A DNA stretch of 63,662 bases, filler included, from Reclinomonas americana ATCC 50394 (taxonomy: Eukaryota): assembly GCA_048213135.1 (NCBI GenBank). It is 7 parts of 6 records of this genome, joined end to end, with 100 filler letters (N's around TTAATTAATTAA, not from the genome) between each part and the next. Parts side by side here need not be neighbours in the genome. Positions count along the whole stretch, not along the records: positions 41,536 to 53,692 come from PS015819.1; 6 more parts are not named here. One strand, given 5' to 3'. The translations under genes were made by a program, and so were the position numbers. A model generated the notes under the pieces. That model was not told the DNA's origin and did no database searches. It saw nothing but the letters and a program-made list of their open reading frames with translations. This document shows positions 41,536 through 53,792 of this stretch, piece by piece. Each line of letters opens with the position of its first letter. The stretch's first letter is position 1.

Positions 41536-42792
41536 ACGATGGCCGCCGGCGCCGTCGGTCGAACTCGACTTGGAGGGTGCGGGCGGAAAGCGTGACGGTT
41601 TTGGCGATGCTGCCACGGGGGCCTTGCGCTTCGCGCGCAGTGACTCCGCCACCATGGCACTGATGCGGCTGGCGGCGGCCTTGGCGGCAGCGGAGCGCGG
41701 AGCCGGCGGCGGCACTGCAGCCACGTCAATGTAGGTCTCCGTGGCCCGCAAACCGAGTGCGTCCATGGCGTACGCCTGGTACGGGTGCGACACGTTGTGC
41801 GGGCAGTTCATCACTTGCGGCCGGTAGCCCCACAGCTTCTCAAACGTCTGCACGCCCGGCAAATGCCACTCGACCAGCTCCTCCACCGACTGCCACATTC
41901 AACGAGAGTACATCAGTACCTTCCCAAGCAGCAAGTAGCAGTCATTTGCTACACAGATACACACACACACGCTGGTCCACAAACCTCAAAATCCAGATTC
42001 TCGCTGCGCAACCCCGTGTACTCGCCCGAGCACACGATTCCGTATTTGAAACAGAGTCGAGCGGCCTTGTCGTTGTTCTTCAACAAGTTGACCCACTTGT
42101 GCGGCGCAATGTGCGAGCGGCCGTGATACTCGGGGTGCCAGACGCCACGCCGGAACAGCAAATGGTACAGCGGTCGCAGATCGCCGCGCATGTACGGCAG
42201 ACGCGAGTGGCCGCCAGCCGAGTCATCCCATCGCAACTCGCGGTATTCGCACTGCGGTGACTCCGGGCATCCCAGCTCCTTCATCGCCTCCTGCACAGCA
42301 CACGTCAGCCGGATCGCACGCCACAGAGAGAGCAACTTTATTCAAAAAAAAACGCAACGATATCAGGGCCGCCAACTACCCAAAACGGTGTAATCACCAC
42401 CTGATGTCGATGCGACAGTGGTCGCCGCGGTGCCGAGCGATTCAGCCGCTCCATCGACGCCAACAGCGATGTCAGATCCTCCACACCCTCCAGCGACGCG
42501 TAACCCCACGCTGCACGCAGGCAAAGATGAGGGGAAAAAACAAAAAATCGTGCAATTCTCAACTCCTCACACACACACACACACACGCGCACCCTTGTAG
42601 GTCTCCTCGCCCGGCAACCCCTGCTCCATCAACTCCTTGCGCATCTCCGGGCTGGAGAAGCGCGGCGCAGAGTCCGCCCAGTGACCCCAATCATCAGAGC
42701 TGATCACCACAAACCTGCACACGCAAGACGAGCACGCATGAGTGCTGCAGTGACACGCGTAGATCACAAGTGCGAGCTTTCAACATGAACAT
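41536..42792 (-). CDS. Bacterial-type polysaccharide deacetylase-like protein (start uncertain, 3' truncated)
   Basis: Motifs VVISSDDWG, LEGVEDL, VVGGPDI, WHPEYHGRSH and FEKLWGYRP...CPHN resemble a NodB-fold bacterial family (xSDDWG ... PQFHGREH). The gene has GT-AG introns. Confidence 0.5.
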
Positions 42793-42861
42793 GACGTGCT
42801 CGCCTAACACACACATGCACACACGCTCGCTCCTTGCTGCTGCTGCTGCTCACTGTCTCTG

Positions 42862-42912
<51 letters not shown>
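42862..42912. repeat. (TG)n microsatellite at a gap edge
   Basis: About 24 TG units directly before the N gap at 42919-43461. Confidence 0.9.
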
Positions 42913-42916
<4 letters not shown>

Positions 42917-43461
42917 AGNNNNNNNNNNNNNNNNNNNNNNNNNNNNNNNNNNNNNNNNNNNNNNNNNNNNNNNNNNNNNNNNNNNNNNNNNNNNNNNNNN
43001 NNNNNNNNNNNNNNNNNNNNNNNNNNNNNNNNNNNNNNNNNNNNNNNNNNNNNNNNNNNNNNNNNNNNNNNNNNNNNNNNNNNNNNNNNNNNNNNNNNNN
43101 NNNNNNNNNNNNNNNNNNNNNNNNNNNNNNNNNNNNNNNNNNNNNNNNNNNNNNNNNNNNNNNNNNNNNNNNNNNNNNNNNNNNNNNNNNNNNNNNNNNN
43201 NNNNNNNNNNNNNNNNNNNNNNNNNNNNNNNNNNNNNNNNNNNNNNNNNNNNNNNNNNNNNNNNNNNNNNNNNNNNNNNNNNNNNNNNNNNNNNNNNNNN
43301 NNNNNNNNNNNNNNNNNNNNNNNNNNNNNNNNNNNNNNNNNNNNNNNNNNNNNNNNNNNNNNNNNNNNNNNNNNNNNNNNNNNNNNNNNNNNNNNNNNNN
43401 NNNNNNNNNNNNNNNNNNNNNNNNNNNNNNNNNNNNNNNNNNNNNNNNNNNNNNNNNNNNN

Positions 43462-44157
43462 CACTTCCGTGTGCGCAACTACATGAACACGCCGCTGTCG
43501 TTCTCGCTGCCGAACCTCGCCGACTTCTACCGCAGCGAGAACACCGACGACGGCGACGACGAGACGTGGCGCGGAGACGAGCCGGCGTGGCAGTGGAAGG
43601 GCCAGACGCTGGAGGTGGTGGACCTGGACGGTCGGCCGTCGGAGCGCGGACCCGGTGTCACCGAATCGGTGGTGTTTACCGGGCGTGTGGGCGACAAGGT
43701 GTTGTTGTTGCCGGATCGCGAGTACATTATCCGACCGCGCGAGTGGTCGGCGCCACCCGTGCTCTCCGACTGTGCACTGGTGCGTCCCCTTCCCTTTGTT
43801 GTTTCTTTTCCTTTACTTTCCTCATCACTCACGGGTGTGCGCTTGCAGGAGGGCATGAAATCTCGGCCGTCGGCGCCTCCCGGCTCATCTTCCTCGTCGT
43901 CATCATCATCTTCGTCGTCGTCGTCGACTGAGTCATCCGCCAATGGTGGCTCTACAACCGGCACACCGTCATCGTCGTCGTCGTCGTCGCAAGTTTGGGG
44001 CCGCTGCATTGGTCCGCGTGTTCGTGAGCACATGCAGGAGGCGCGACGGGAGCACGACAGTGCCTTCCGAGAGGCGCTGGAGGGCGTGGAGCCCGAGGAC
44101 GACCAGGCGTATGCAGAGGCCGCACGGCTCGGCCGTCTGCGGCGGGATGGGCGGTAA
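43462..44157 (+). CDS. C-terminal fragment of a hypothetical protein
   Basis: An open frame from the gap edge with a probable intron at about 43780-43848, a poly-Ser tract and stop TAA. Confidence 0.55.
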   Translation, partial: HFRVRNYMNTPLSFSLPNLADFYRSENTDDGDDETWRGDEPAWQWKGQTLEVVDLDGRPSERGPGVTESVVFTGRVGDKVLLLPDREYIIRPREWSAPPVLSDCALVRPLPFVVSFPLLSSSLTGVRLQEGMKSRPSAPPGSSSSSSSSSSSSSSTESSANGGSTTGTPSSSSSSSQVWGRCIGPRVREHMQEARREHDSAFREALEGVEPEDDQAYAEAARLGRLRRDGR

Positions 44158-44472
44158 TGGGAGCGGGCAGTGTGGGGCGTGCGGGGACCAGCACCTTTCT
44201 AATATGCGTGCTTCCCGTTCGAGTTTTGCATGGTGCCAGTGTGTTATTTCGCAATTGGGGCCTCGATCCTTCTCTCTTCTTCATAATTTTGGCTCTCTAT
44301 CTCTTCTTCCTCTGTCTAGGTAACAATATCTGTTTTTGCTTGACGCGCCACGGTGGGTACTGGTGCGGCGCAGCGTGTGTTTTTTTGTTCATCGTCGTGT
44401 TTTAGTGTGTGATGGTGGTGGTGTTTATGTGTGCGGAGCACAATGAGAGTGAAAGTGCGTGTTGTTATTATT

Positions 44473-45383
44473 CTATCTTGGAGACACCACCTGACTGACA
44501 AAGCTCAACAACTGCGCACGTCCACTGGCACCGGCTGCGGTGGCTTTGGTCGGTGTGCGCTCCTCCTGCGCCGCTGCCTTTCGTGCCGACCGCGATCGCC
44601 TCTTCCCGTCCACAGCCGCGGCCATGTTAATGGGCGTGGCAGGCGACGCAAACAGCGCCACAACCGGCGACGGCGATGGCGGTGGCGGTGCTGGCAGCTG
44701 CTGCAACGCCGGCGTACTCGGTGTGTGCACCTTGAGCGGTGTCGACGGCACCTTTTGTGGTGTACTCGGCACTACTGCGGCTGCTGCTGCTGCTGCCACT
44801 CGCTTGGGTCGCTTCACCGACTTGCCCGGCAACTCGCTCACGTGATCGCACACTGCACAGCGCATCCTCTATACGCGTTCCAGTGAGCAACAGACAGCGA
44901 GGCAGCAGCAGCAGCAGCTGAGGGCACAAGTTGCGCACCACCACATTGCCGCGTTTCCTCCTCCTCTTGGCCTTCTTCGACATGCTGCGCTGCTTGGGCG
45001 ACTCGCCAGTGGCGGAGGCTTTTGTTGCCTTCTTGTGCTGTCGAATGCGCGTCTCACACGTGAGGCCGGCGATCAGAAGGCCTCCACAGTGCACACACAT
45101 GTGTTCGCGAATCACTCGTGGCACAACTGTGCAGGCGTGTGAGGGGAAGAGTGAGGCGCGTGTGTGAGAGCAGAACAACGCACCAATGTTGTTCTTGAGC
45201 AGCGTGTCGCGACAGAGACGACTGCAGGTGCGTGCACAGTGAGAGGCGGAAGAGTGATTGCGTGTGTGACAGAGAGAGAGAGAGAGAGACTTGCCTGAGA
45301 TGATGCGACACGTATGGACTTGTGCACACTGTGGCGTGTGCGGCCGCAAAGAGAAACTCACTCAGAAGCCTGTCGTGCTGCAT
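44473..45383 (-). CDS. RPP21: RNase P/MRP subunit, Rpr2/RPP21 family (4 exons)
   Basis: Spliced FLFAAAH...IREHMCVHCGGLLIAGLTC...RMRCAVCDH, with two CxxC pairs. The first intron is GC-AG. Confidence 0.75.
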
Positions 45384-45455
45384 GCGCGTCGAAAAGAGTG
45401 AAGGAGGACACAAGCAGGACTCTCTCTTTCTCCGGTCCGTGTGTGTGAGCGCGTG

Positions 45456-45792
45456 ATGAACGCGTCACCCAGACAAGTGGCCATTGTGCTCGGCATCATA
45501 TTAGGTGCTGGTGGCCTCACCAAGTGGGTCTTGGAGGTTAGTCAGTGCTTCTGTCTCTCTCTCTCTCTCCCTCTCGCACTCACACTGATTCCAGGTTGAC
45601 GGTCGACGGGAGACGGGCATTCGCTTGCACGATGCACAGGAGTCGGCACTGTTGAACGCACGTGCGCCTCCACTCACACGGGAGCAGTGGCAGTTTGTGC
45701 AGTCGCTGCATCCGAACTCATCATTCGACAAGGATCGCTCGGGACTCGGCCAGCGCATGATTGGCGACGAGAACAGCTGCAGCAAGTCATAG
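45456..45792 (+). CDS. Small single-pass membrane protein, 92 aa (missing from the ORF track)
   Basis: MNASPRQVAIVLGIILGAGGLTKWVLE, intron 45537-45594 (GT-AG with CTCAC/CTGAT branch-like motifs), then VDGRRETG...PPLTREQWQFVQSLHP...*. Confidence 0.6.
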
Positions 45793-45858
45793 CAGCGAGT
45801 GTGCATTGCGAACGCTCTCTTTCTCTCTCTCCCTCTGTCTGTTGTCATCTGTGTACAG

Positions 45859-48051
45859 TTACTGCACTTGTTCGTGTGAGCTGCCGCTGGCGTGGTGGTG
45901 CGATGACTTTTTGTGCGCCGTGTGTCCCTCCTCGCCCTCGTGTTCTTGCCACAGCAGCGGGGTGTAGGTGAACTCCACGCCGAGCTTGTCAAAGATGTCA
46001 CGCTCGCTCTCGATCGGCTCCGCGGGACCCTGTGTGTGTGTGCGCATGTGAGGCAATAGTGAGCTCTTGTGGACGACAGACAGCGACTCACCACTGAGCC
46101 GTCGGCGTTGCGCCTGAAGAGGCCGTAGTCGTCGAGCAGGTAGCCCTTGTTCTTGGCCACTCGGCGCAGCTGCATGTTGAAGTCCTGGCTTCCGGTGAGG
46201 CCGACCAGCGCCGCGTAATACTCTGTTTTGTGGTGTGTGAGAATGCAGAAGACTGCAGTGCATGGCGATGCTGTGGGGGGACCGCGCAACGATCGTACGG
46301 GATGATGCGGACTGCAGGAGATACACCGAGTCAGTGACAGGCTTCGTTCAGGCGACGAGTGCGGGAGGAAACACAACTCATGATCGGGTGGTACTTCATC
46401 ATGTCGGAACCGTTCGGCTGTGGGGGAGAGGGAGGAGGAGGAGGAGGCAGATGAGTGGGTACGACGGAGTATGCGTTACAACTGCTCCCACACGCAACGT
46501 CGTGGCACACGCCGATGTACTTGGATTGTGGATTGTCGGTAATGTCGGCCGTGATGATGCCACGCTGATGCAGCTCGCGCAAGTACCGGCGCAGCAACTC
46601 GGTGCCAGTTGCGTTGTGTGTGGCCGGTCGACCGCCTTCCGACACGAAATCCGGGTGTGCAATCAGCACGTCCACTCGCGTCAGCGGTTCCTCGTGGCGA
46701 CGGTACTCGCCCACCAGTTCGAAGCGCGCGCCAGGTCCGAGCGCCTCCATCGCCGTCTGCTCCAGTGCTGCCTCGATCTTGGCGATCTCGTGCCGGCCAA
46801 TCGGCCGCTCAAAGTCCTCCAGATGTTGCAGACCTGCAATAGGGAGTCGGCGATGAGCATGACACCTCTTTCCGTGCATATGGGCGATTGTAGTCACGCA
46901 CCAACGCGCTGTCGTCGATTGAGCAACTCGGGATGCTCGAGTAGCTCCGATACCGAGCGAATCCCACCCGCCACCAGCTGGTGTGCCTTGATCGGCCCGA
47001 TGCCGTGCACTCGCATCAGGTCGCGATACGCTTTGATGTTCTCCGACGAGCCCTCCTCTTCCAGTCTGCGCGAGGGTGGCGCACGCATCAGCTCATGCAG
47101 TCTGACACAGAAAAACGAGAGGAATACGGTACATACTTTTTCAGAGTGCCCGTATGCAGAATCTCGTCGATCTTGGCGCCGATGCTCGGTCCGATGGTGT
47201 CGAGCTGTGCATGCATGCACGCATTGAGTGTTATAGATACCACAAGTTGGTGTGGAGAGACACAGGCGATTACCTCTTGCGCCTCATCGCCCTGCGAAGA
47301 ATCCACAAAAATTCAGCCACCTGTCTCCTCAAGCACGATCGACGACAACTTCACCACTCACCGACTCGATGCGATACGGAAGCGACGCCAGCTTGCGTGA
47401 CGCCTGCAGGCATACCACAACGATGAGGGAAGCGTGAGCCAAATTTAGTCGCCCTGCAAGCTGGCCTTTTGCAAACGTTAACACAAACCCGATGATACGC
47501 CAGGGAACGCCAGTGCTCACCCTTGGCAGCCTCCACCTCCGACATCTCTACTCCCCCCATACCCTCCGTCAGTGAGCGATCCACGCACCAGCTGCAGTGG
47601 CGCGTGGCAAGTGAAAGCTCACCGTCGAGAATCCGACAAATGTCGACGTTCGGATTGTCGTCGCCGTCATGAGAACCACCACGTCTTCCGCGTGCCTTGC
47701 GCTCATAGTCATCATCGCCCTCGTCGTCGAAGCGTGTCGGCGACGATGCAGCCTTGGTGGTGTCGGCGTGCACACGACGGTGGCGATCCTCGTGCGACTG
47801 TGACGGTGCCTTGCCTCCTCCATGTGTCGGCGACTGTCAAGATTCGCACACACACACACCATGAGAAGGAATCAAGTTAACTGTGTGACTTGGTGGAGGC
47901 AGCGGTGACTAGCAGACGCTGTAGTGCGCCGTGCGATGGTGCGGGGAAGAGGAGAGGCAGCGGAGAGGAAAGGAGAAAGAGAGAGAAGGCAGAGACAAGT
48001 GACACGAGCAAGTCGGTCGCGATGCGCACTGACCGAATGCTTTCCTGACAT
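45859..48051 (-). CDS. Family X DNA polymerase (Pol beta/lambda-like) with a degenerate active site; start uncertain
   Basis: Motifs NPNVDICRIL, WRSLAYHRA, IGPSIGAKIDEILHTG, VHGIGPIKA, GLQHLEDF, KYIGVC, QYYAALVGLTGSQDFN and SERDIFDKLG. Confidence 0.85.
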
Positions 48052-48186
48052 GACGATCGGCGATTGTGTTGTGTGTGATTCCGTTGGGTTGTGGGCTTTG
48101 TGTGCGTGCGGGCCGAGATGCGAAGACGATGTGCTGGGCGACGGACCAATCCACCGAAAAAAGATGCGACAACTGATTGCCTTTCT

Positions 48187-51100
48187 TTACCCATTCCCAC
48201 TCATGCTCCCACTCATGCTGGATGATGGTGACTGATTATCAATCGATCGTCGGGTCTCACGCGCGTTTGCAGCAGCGACCAAGTTGCGCTCTCGTACGAG
48301 CGTGATGAGGCGATTGATGACCTGGCATGCAGTGAGATTCTGCCGAGAGCGGACATGCAAGCAAAGAATGACACACCTCGGCGCAGTCGTCCTCGTTGAA
48401 GACGATTCGTTGTGACGGTCTCGTGCGTCGCATCAGCGAGTCGGAGGCCATTCGGAGAACTTTGACGAGCGACTCCTCGGCCTCGGCCGACGTGGAGTAC
48501 ATGGAAGACGGCGCGCCACTACCGCCGGAAGAACCGGCTCCACCTTCGGAATCGCCACCAGTTGCCAGCATCCGCAGCGCCTCTTCTCGGCGGCGTTCAG
48601 CCATGGTGCGATCAACGGATTCACGAATCAACTCGTCACGCTCACGCTCCCACTCCAGCTGCTCCTGCACCACCGCATGCCGATGCTCGATGGACAAGGT
48701 GTGTACCGCCTCCTGCACGTCGACTCTGTCTCCTGGTGTGAGCAACGTATACGCACACACAGGTCATGGAACTCACTCACCGGGTGATCTGGTGCGTCGG
48801 CGGTGTCATGGTCAGCAGCTTGCTACGGAAGTGATCCACGGCGGCCTCGTCAATTTGCAGTCGACGGACCAGCAGCGCATACGGCACCTCCACGTCGTTG
48901 GGTGCCCACTCCAGCGTCTGCGATGCGCGCACCGAAAGCTTATGCAGCACACGCAGGTACATCAAGACCTTCTGCTCAGCACACAAGTCGCGTCAGTGGT
49001 GCTCTCTTGCGCCAGCACAGCATGAAAAGAACAGCCTCTCTCACCTCCACATTGAGTGCAATGTTGGCTCTCCTCTTGGCCACGTACTCGCGCACCACAC
49101 GTTGCACGAAACGCACTGACCGCGCAAAGGCCTCCACCGCCGTGACGAACTTGCGAGTGTGTGACAGGCCCGAGATGTAGAAGCGAATGAGCTCGACCGC
49201 ACGCCGCTTGCGCATGAGGCGTACTTTGAGCATGGCACGCCACATGTTGCGGCCGAGCACCTTCATCGCCCGCCGAATCACGAGCATACCGCGCGCCTTG
49301 ACCACCGGGAAGAAGCGCTCCTGGATGACACGAGCGGCCCACTCGCGCATGCGAGCCTCCTTCCACTCCTTGCGCAACTCGTTGAGACGGTCGCTCATGA
49401 ATTCGAGTCGCACGGCCAGATTCGCCAGTGCCAGCCACGTCTTGATCTGTGGTCGCAGTCGTCGAATGAATTGCGCCCGCTTCGACTCCTCCTCGAACTG
49501 CTGTTGCCGTTGCTCGACGCGCGCCACCGTCTGCTGATGATGCTGCAGGCGCGCAGCCACACGCTCCGCATGCATTCGCGCTGTTTCCTCCGCATGTTGT
49601 CGCGTGCGCTCCGCCTTGGCTTGCTCGATCTGCTGCCGACGCTCCGGGCTGCGGTCGACCACTGACTTGGTGTTCCGATAGATGGCATTGGCCGAGACCG
49701 GACGCAATAGGCGCTGCTTGCGACGCTGTGCAGGGGGGAGGGTATTGAGTACAACATACGCGGGGTAGAAAAAGGTATTCGGGTAGAGCACACGCAACAT
49801 CCTCCTCCATTTCCAGTGTGCGCTTGAGAAACACCTTGGCCGCCTCCTCATCGTGCAAGTACAGATCCAAGCGAGAGTTGACACGCTCCTTGAGATTGAC
49901 GTGTTGCGGGCCGCGTCGGTGACTGTCCTCGAAACTCATGTCGACCAGCATCTCCGTTCCACCACCGCCTTCGTCGTCCGAGCCCACCGCACGAGGTGAA
50001 ATAGTCCTGCGCCGTGAGCGTCGCGACATGATGGAAGCCGATCGAGCCCGAGGGCGCTTTCCGGGCGTCCCACCGGTCGCAGGTCCCGGTGTGTTACCCG
50101 CACCCTGCACCACCGAGCCACGATGTCCGTGGTGCGACGACATGCTGGCCAGCAGTGCTGGCTGGCGATGCACGTGGTCGGGAATGAGGCGATCAGGGAT
50201 GTTGCCGCTGTTGAGCGAGCGCTGCATCTCCTCCACCTCATCTGCGGCCCGAGTCAGTCACACGAGGCACCGAAAGTACCACGTGAAGCGCAGTACAAAC
50301 GCAACGAATCACTTGTGCAATGTCGTGAGTCACAGCGTGTGCACGCCGCGCCGGCGTCTTGCTCATGGTCGACAAGGACTGTACCGTGGTCATGGACTGC
50401 GACATGGACGACAGCGTCTCCTCTTCCGGACCGAGGTGGTCGAGATCGGTGAGGAAAGTGGAGCCTGCGTCGACAAAGTGCAACGTGTCAGCTCTTCTGT
50501 CCGCTTCTCTCTTTCTATTCGCACGCACCTCCACCGGGAGTCGATGGCAGCAGACCGTCGAGGTCAAACGTGGACAGCAGCGGGGTGGACGACATTTGCG
50601 GCGTCACCGGCGGTGGTTCCCGTTGGGCAGCCAGCCACCACTGGCTGGTGCGCGGCTGCTTGGTGGTGGAGACGGCGGCGGCCTCCATAATCACCGATGC
50701 CGACGACGCCGGCGACGATGCGGACGATGCCGACGAAGGGGAGCCACGAGACACGGCCGAGGTGGCGCGTCGGATCAACGACTTGGCATTGGTGCCGGTG
50801 CTCACCAGCTGTCGCCGGGCGGTGGCACTGAGCAGCGTGGTCGACGTCGGCGAAGCGACAGCAGTGGCCGAGGAGACAGCAAGCGGTGTCGATCGACTCT
50901 TGATGCGCCACCACGTTGGGCGCGTCGCCGACGCCGTCGACAGAGCCGACGCCGGCCGCGGAGCGTGCTCACGGAAGAAGAAGAACGGCTCACCATCGTC
51001 GTCACGCTCAATACCACTGCCACCACCAACTATCTTCCGACTGCTCGTTCCCACATCATCGTCGCCGTCGTCGCCATCGTCACGAATGATCCCAGCCGCA

Positions 51101-51802
51101 GCATCATCGTCGTCGTCATCGTCACTGTTGCACACTTCGTCGACCACATCGTCCAGCAACTTGGACTGCACCAGGACCGACGTCAAGCGCGGTGGCAGCT
51201 GTGCGGCGGCCGCCAGGGGTGACAGACGCGTTGCGGTGGCCACTGGCGATCCCATGTATCTACGCCCAGAAAGACAGAGAAAGATCAGCGGAGGGCGCGG
51301 GCGTACACGTGACAAAGAGGAGTGAGAGACGCACGTCTGTCTCTCGGCCAGCAGCAGGTCGCGTGCACTCGGCGTGCTCTGCAGCTTGCCCTCCTGACTG
51401 GCCACGGCCGCGGCGAACAGAAACGCTGCCACTGAGCGATTCCGCTTGCGTTCCTCTTGTGGTGCTGCTGGTGGCTGCTGCTGCTGTTGCTGTTGATCAT
51501 CATGCCGCTGCGACAGTGGTGGCTGAGCGACGACGAGTTAAGTCAGTCAAGTGTGAATGAGTGAGAAAGAGAGAGCAAGTGAACTGAACTGAGGCTCCGG
51601 GCGAGGAACTTGCAATGTAGGTCGCCGGCGTCTTGGGTGATGAGTAGACAGAGGGCGACGCGCGCATGATGCGCATGTGGCTCATCTGCGCGGAGAGAGG
51701 TGTGGCCTGTGGTCGCTGAGTGGATCCAGAGGGAGTCGACACGGCGTCGGAGAGAGGAGCCGGGGCGGCGGAACCCGCTCGCCGTCGACTGTAGAGTGAC
51801 AT
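48187..51802 (-). CDS. Large hypothetical protein with low-complexity regions, coiled coil and IQ-like motifs
   Basis: About 8 GT-AG introns give a continuous frame including WAARVIQERF and VRFVQRVVREY. The start at MSLYSRRR is inferred. Confidence 0.55.
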
Positions 51803-52492
51803 TCACTCACACTCCACAACCACACGCACAGCGTTGGGAGGCAGCGAGTGCGTGAAACAAGCGCGGGCGTTTGGATGTCCGAGATGTCATCCACGCGCAT
51901 CATCGATACTCATGTCGACTTGTCTGCGCTTGCATGCAAGCTCGTGGTCTCGCGCTTTATCTCGCCTAGTATGCGCTGGATAGAGGGATGCTAGGCGTGC
52001 ATGCTTCTGCGTGCATGCTTGACCGGAAGAACTCAATCAACTGATTGGGCCTGATTGATTGATTCCCAAACACTCTCACGCACGCGTATGCATTGGAGTA
52101 TGTCACTCGCCTCCATGCAACCGCCACCCCCTCGCTCCTTGCCTCGCCTGCCACGCAGGCGCCTTGTCCCCCATTGCAATACCGCACGGATGTCACCGTG
52201 GCCCATCGGGCAACGGTTGTGTGTGGTGTTTCCACACCCGGTTTTCATCGCGTTCCCGTTCGCGCAGTGACACGCTCCCGTCTGCGTCCTCTGAGTGTGT
52301 GTGTGTGCGTGTGCGCGCGCTCGTTGCTCTTGTTTTCCTTCTGAGCGCATATTGTGTGTAGAGAGGCGGACTGGTCGGCGGCGTGTTTCCGTACACACGC
52401 AACACAAAAAGAGCAACAATCGTCTTACAATCACCACCCGTCGCCGTTGATACGGACGACGACAACAACAGCAACAGCAACACCGACTCGAC

Positions 52493-53692
52493 ATGTCGAC
52501 GGCGAAGCGGCATGCGCACTTGTCGATGGACGACTGCATGGCGGCCATGTCGCCCAACTCATCGTTCAGCTCGCAAGGCGGCGATGAGTCTGCGCGATCG
52601 ACGTCGGTGGCCGAGTCGTCGTCGCTCTCCATGCCGTCGCCCATGTCGGCCACGCCTCTGGTCACGACGTTGATTGCGCCGGCGCGCGCCGCAGCGCAGG
52701 CACGACGGGAATCGACAGTACGGTTCAGGGTGAGCGACGACAATCGACGCCTGTCGACGGTGATCGCGCAACAGCGCCAGCGTCACGTGTCGCACGACTC
52801 GGCGTTGCTCATGCAGCAGCGGCATCGCTTCTCGGTGACTGGCAGTGATGCCGGCAGCGATGGTGGTGGGTTCGACGGCGACAGCTGCGATGTGTCGCGC
52901 ACTGCTGCCGCTGCTGCCGACTACCGCGATGACGCTCTGCGGCGCCCATCGCTGGCGCAGCTGCAGAAGCCCGGCTCTGCCGCCGTGCCTATCGCCATCT
53001 CGTTGTCGGTGAGCGGTGGTGATGGCGAGGGAGTGCGTCGGCCATCGTTGATGCCGGGTACACCGGGAGTGATGCGTCAGCGATCGCCATCGATCGCCAT
53101 TGCCGCGATGCGGCGCGGCAGCACCATGAGCACGGCCAGTGGCACCTCCACCAGCCGACGGCCACCGCTGGCGCCGTTCGCCACGGCGCCGGAGGCCGTG
53201 GTGTTGACGAATTTCCGCAACCGGATTCTGCTCGATGCCATTGGCGACGCGTCCATGCAACACCGAGGCAGCGTGGCCAGCACCGGCAGCTTTTACGATC
53301 GCACACGACTTGCGCGCGATTCACCACCCATCCCGACCCCGCCGCTGTTTCAGCAACGTGAGCACGCCGTGCAGGCGTTGGAGTCGCTGCGACAAGTGGT
53401 GCGCAAGTGTGAGCGCCCTGAACGACACAGCGTGTCGCCTCGGTCGCGCACAGTCTCCCTGTCGCCACAATCGCGTGTGCGCAACGGTACCGTGTCGGCA
53501 CTCTCGTACGCGACGACGCGCGGGTGCGACAGCTCCGTGCGCCGACTGGCAGAGATGATTGACGAGGACGACGACGACTGGTGGGAGACCACGGACCGAG
53601 CCAAGCGCGCTCGCCGCCGATGGCCCAGCGATTTGGGTCGGCGTTCGGCGGATCCATCGCCCCGCTCCCGTCACACCACCTCTGCTAGTGCG
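52493..53692 (+). CDS. N-terminal exon of a Ser/Arg-rich hypothetical protein, truncated at contig end
   Basis: A 400-codon open frame running into the linker, with several RRPS/RRGS motifs. Confidence 0.6.
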
Positions 53693-53792
53693 NNNNNNNN
53701 NNNNNNNNNNNNNNNNNNNNNNNNNNNNNNNNNNNNTTAATTAATTAANNNNNNNNNNNNNNNNNNNNNNNNNNNNNNNNNNNNNNNNNNNN

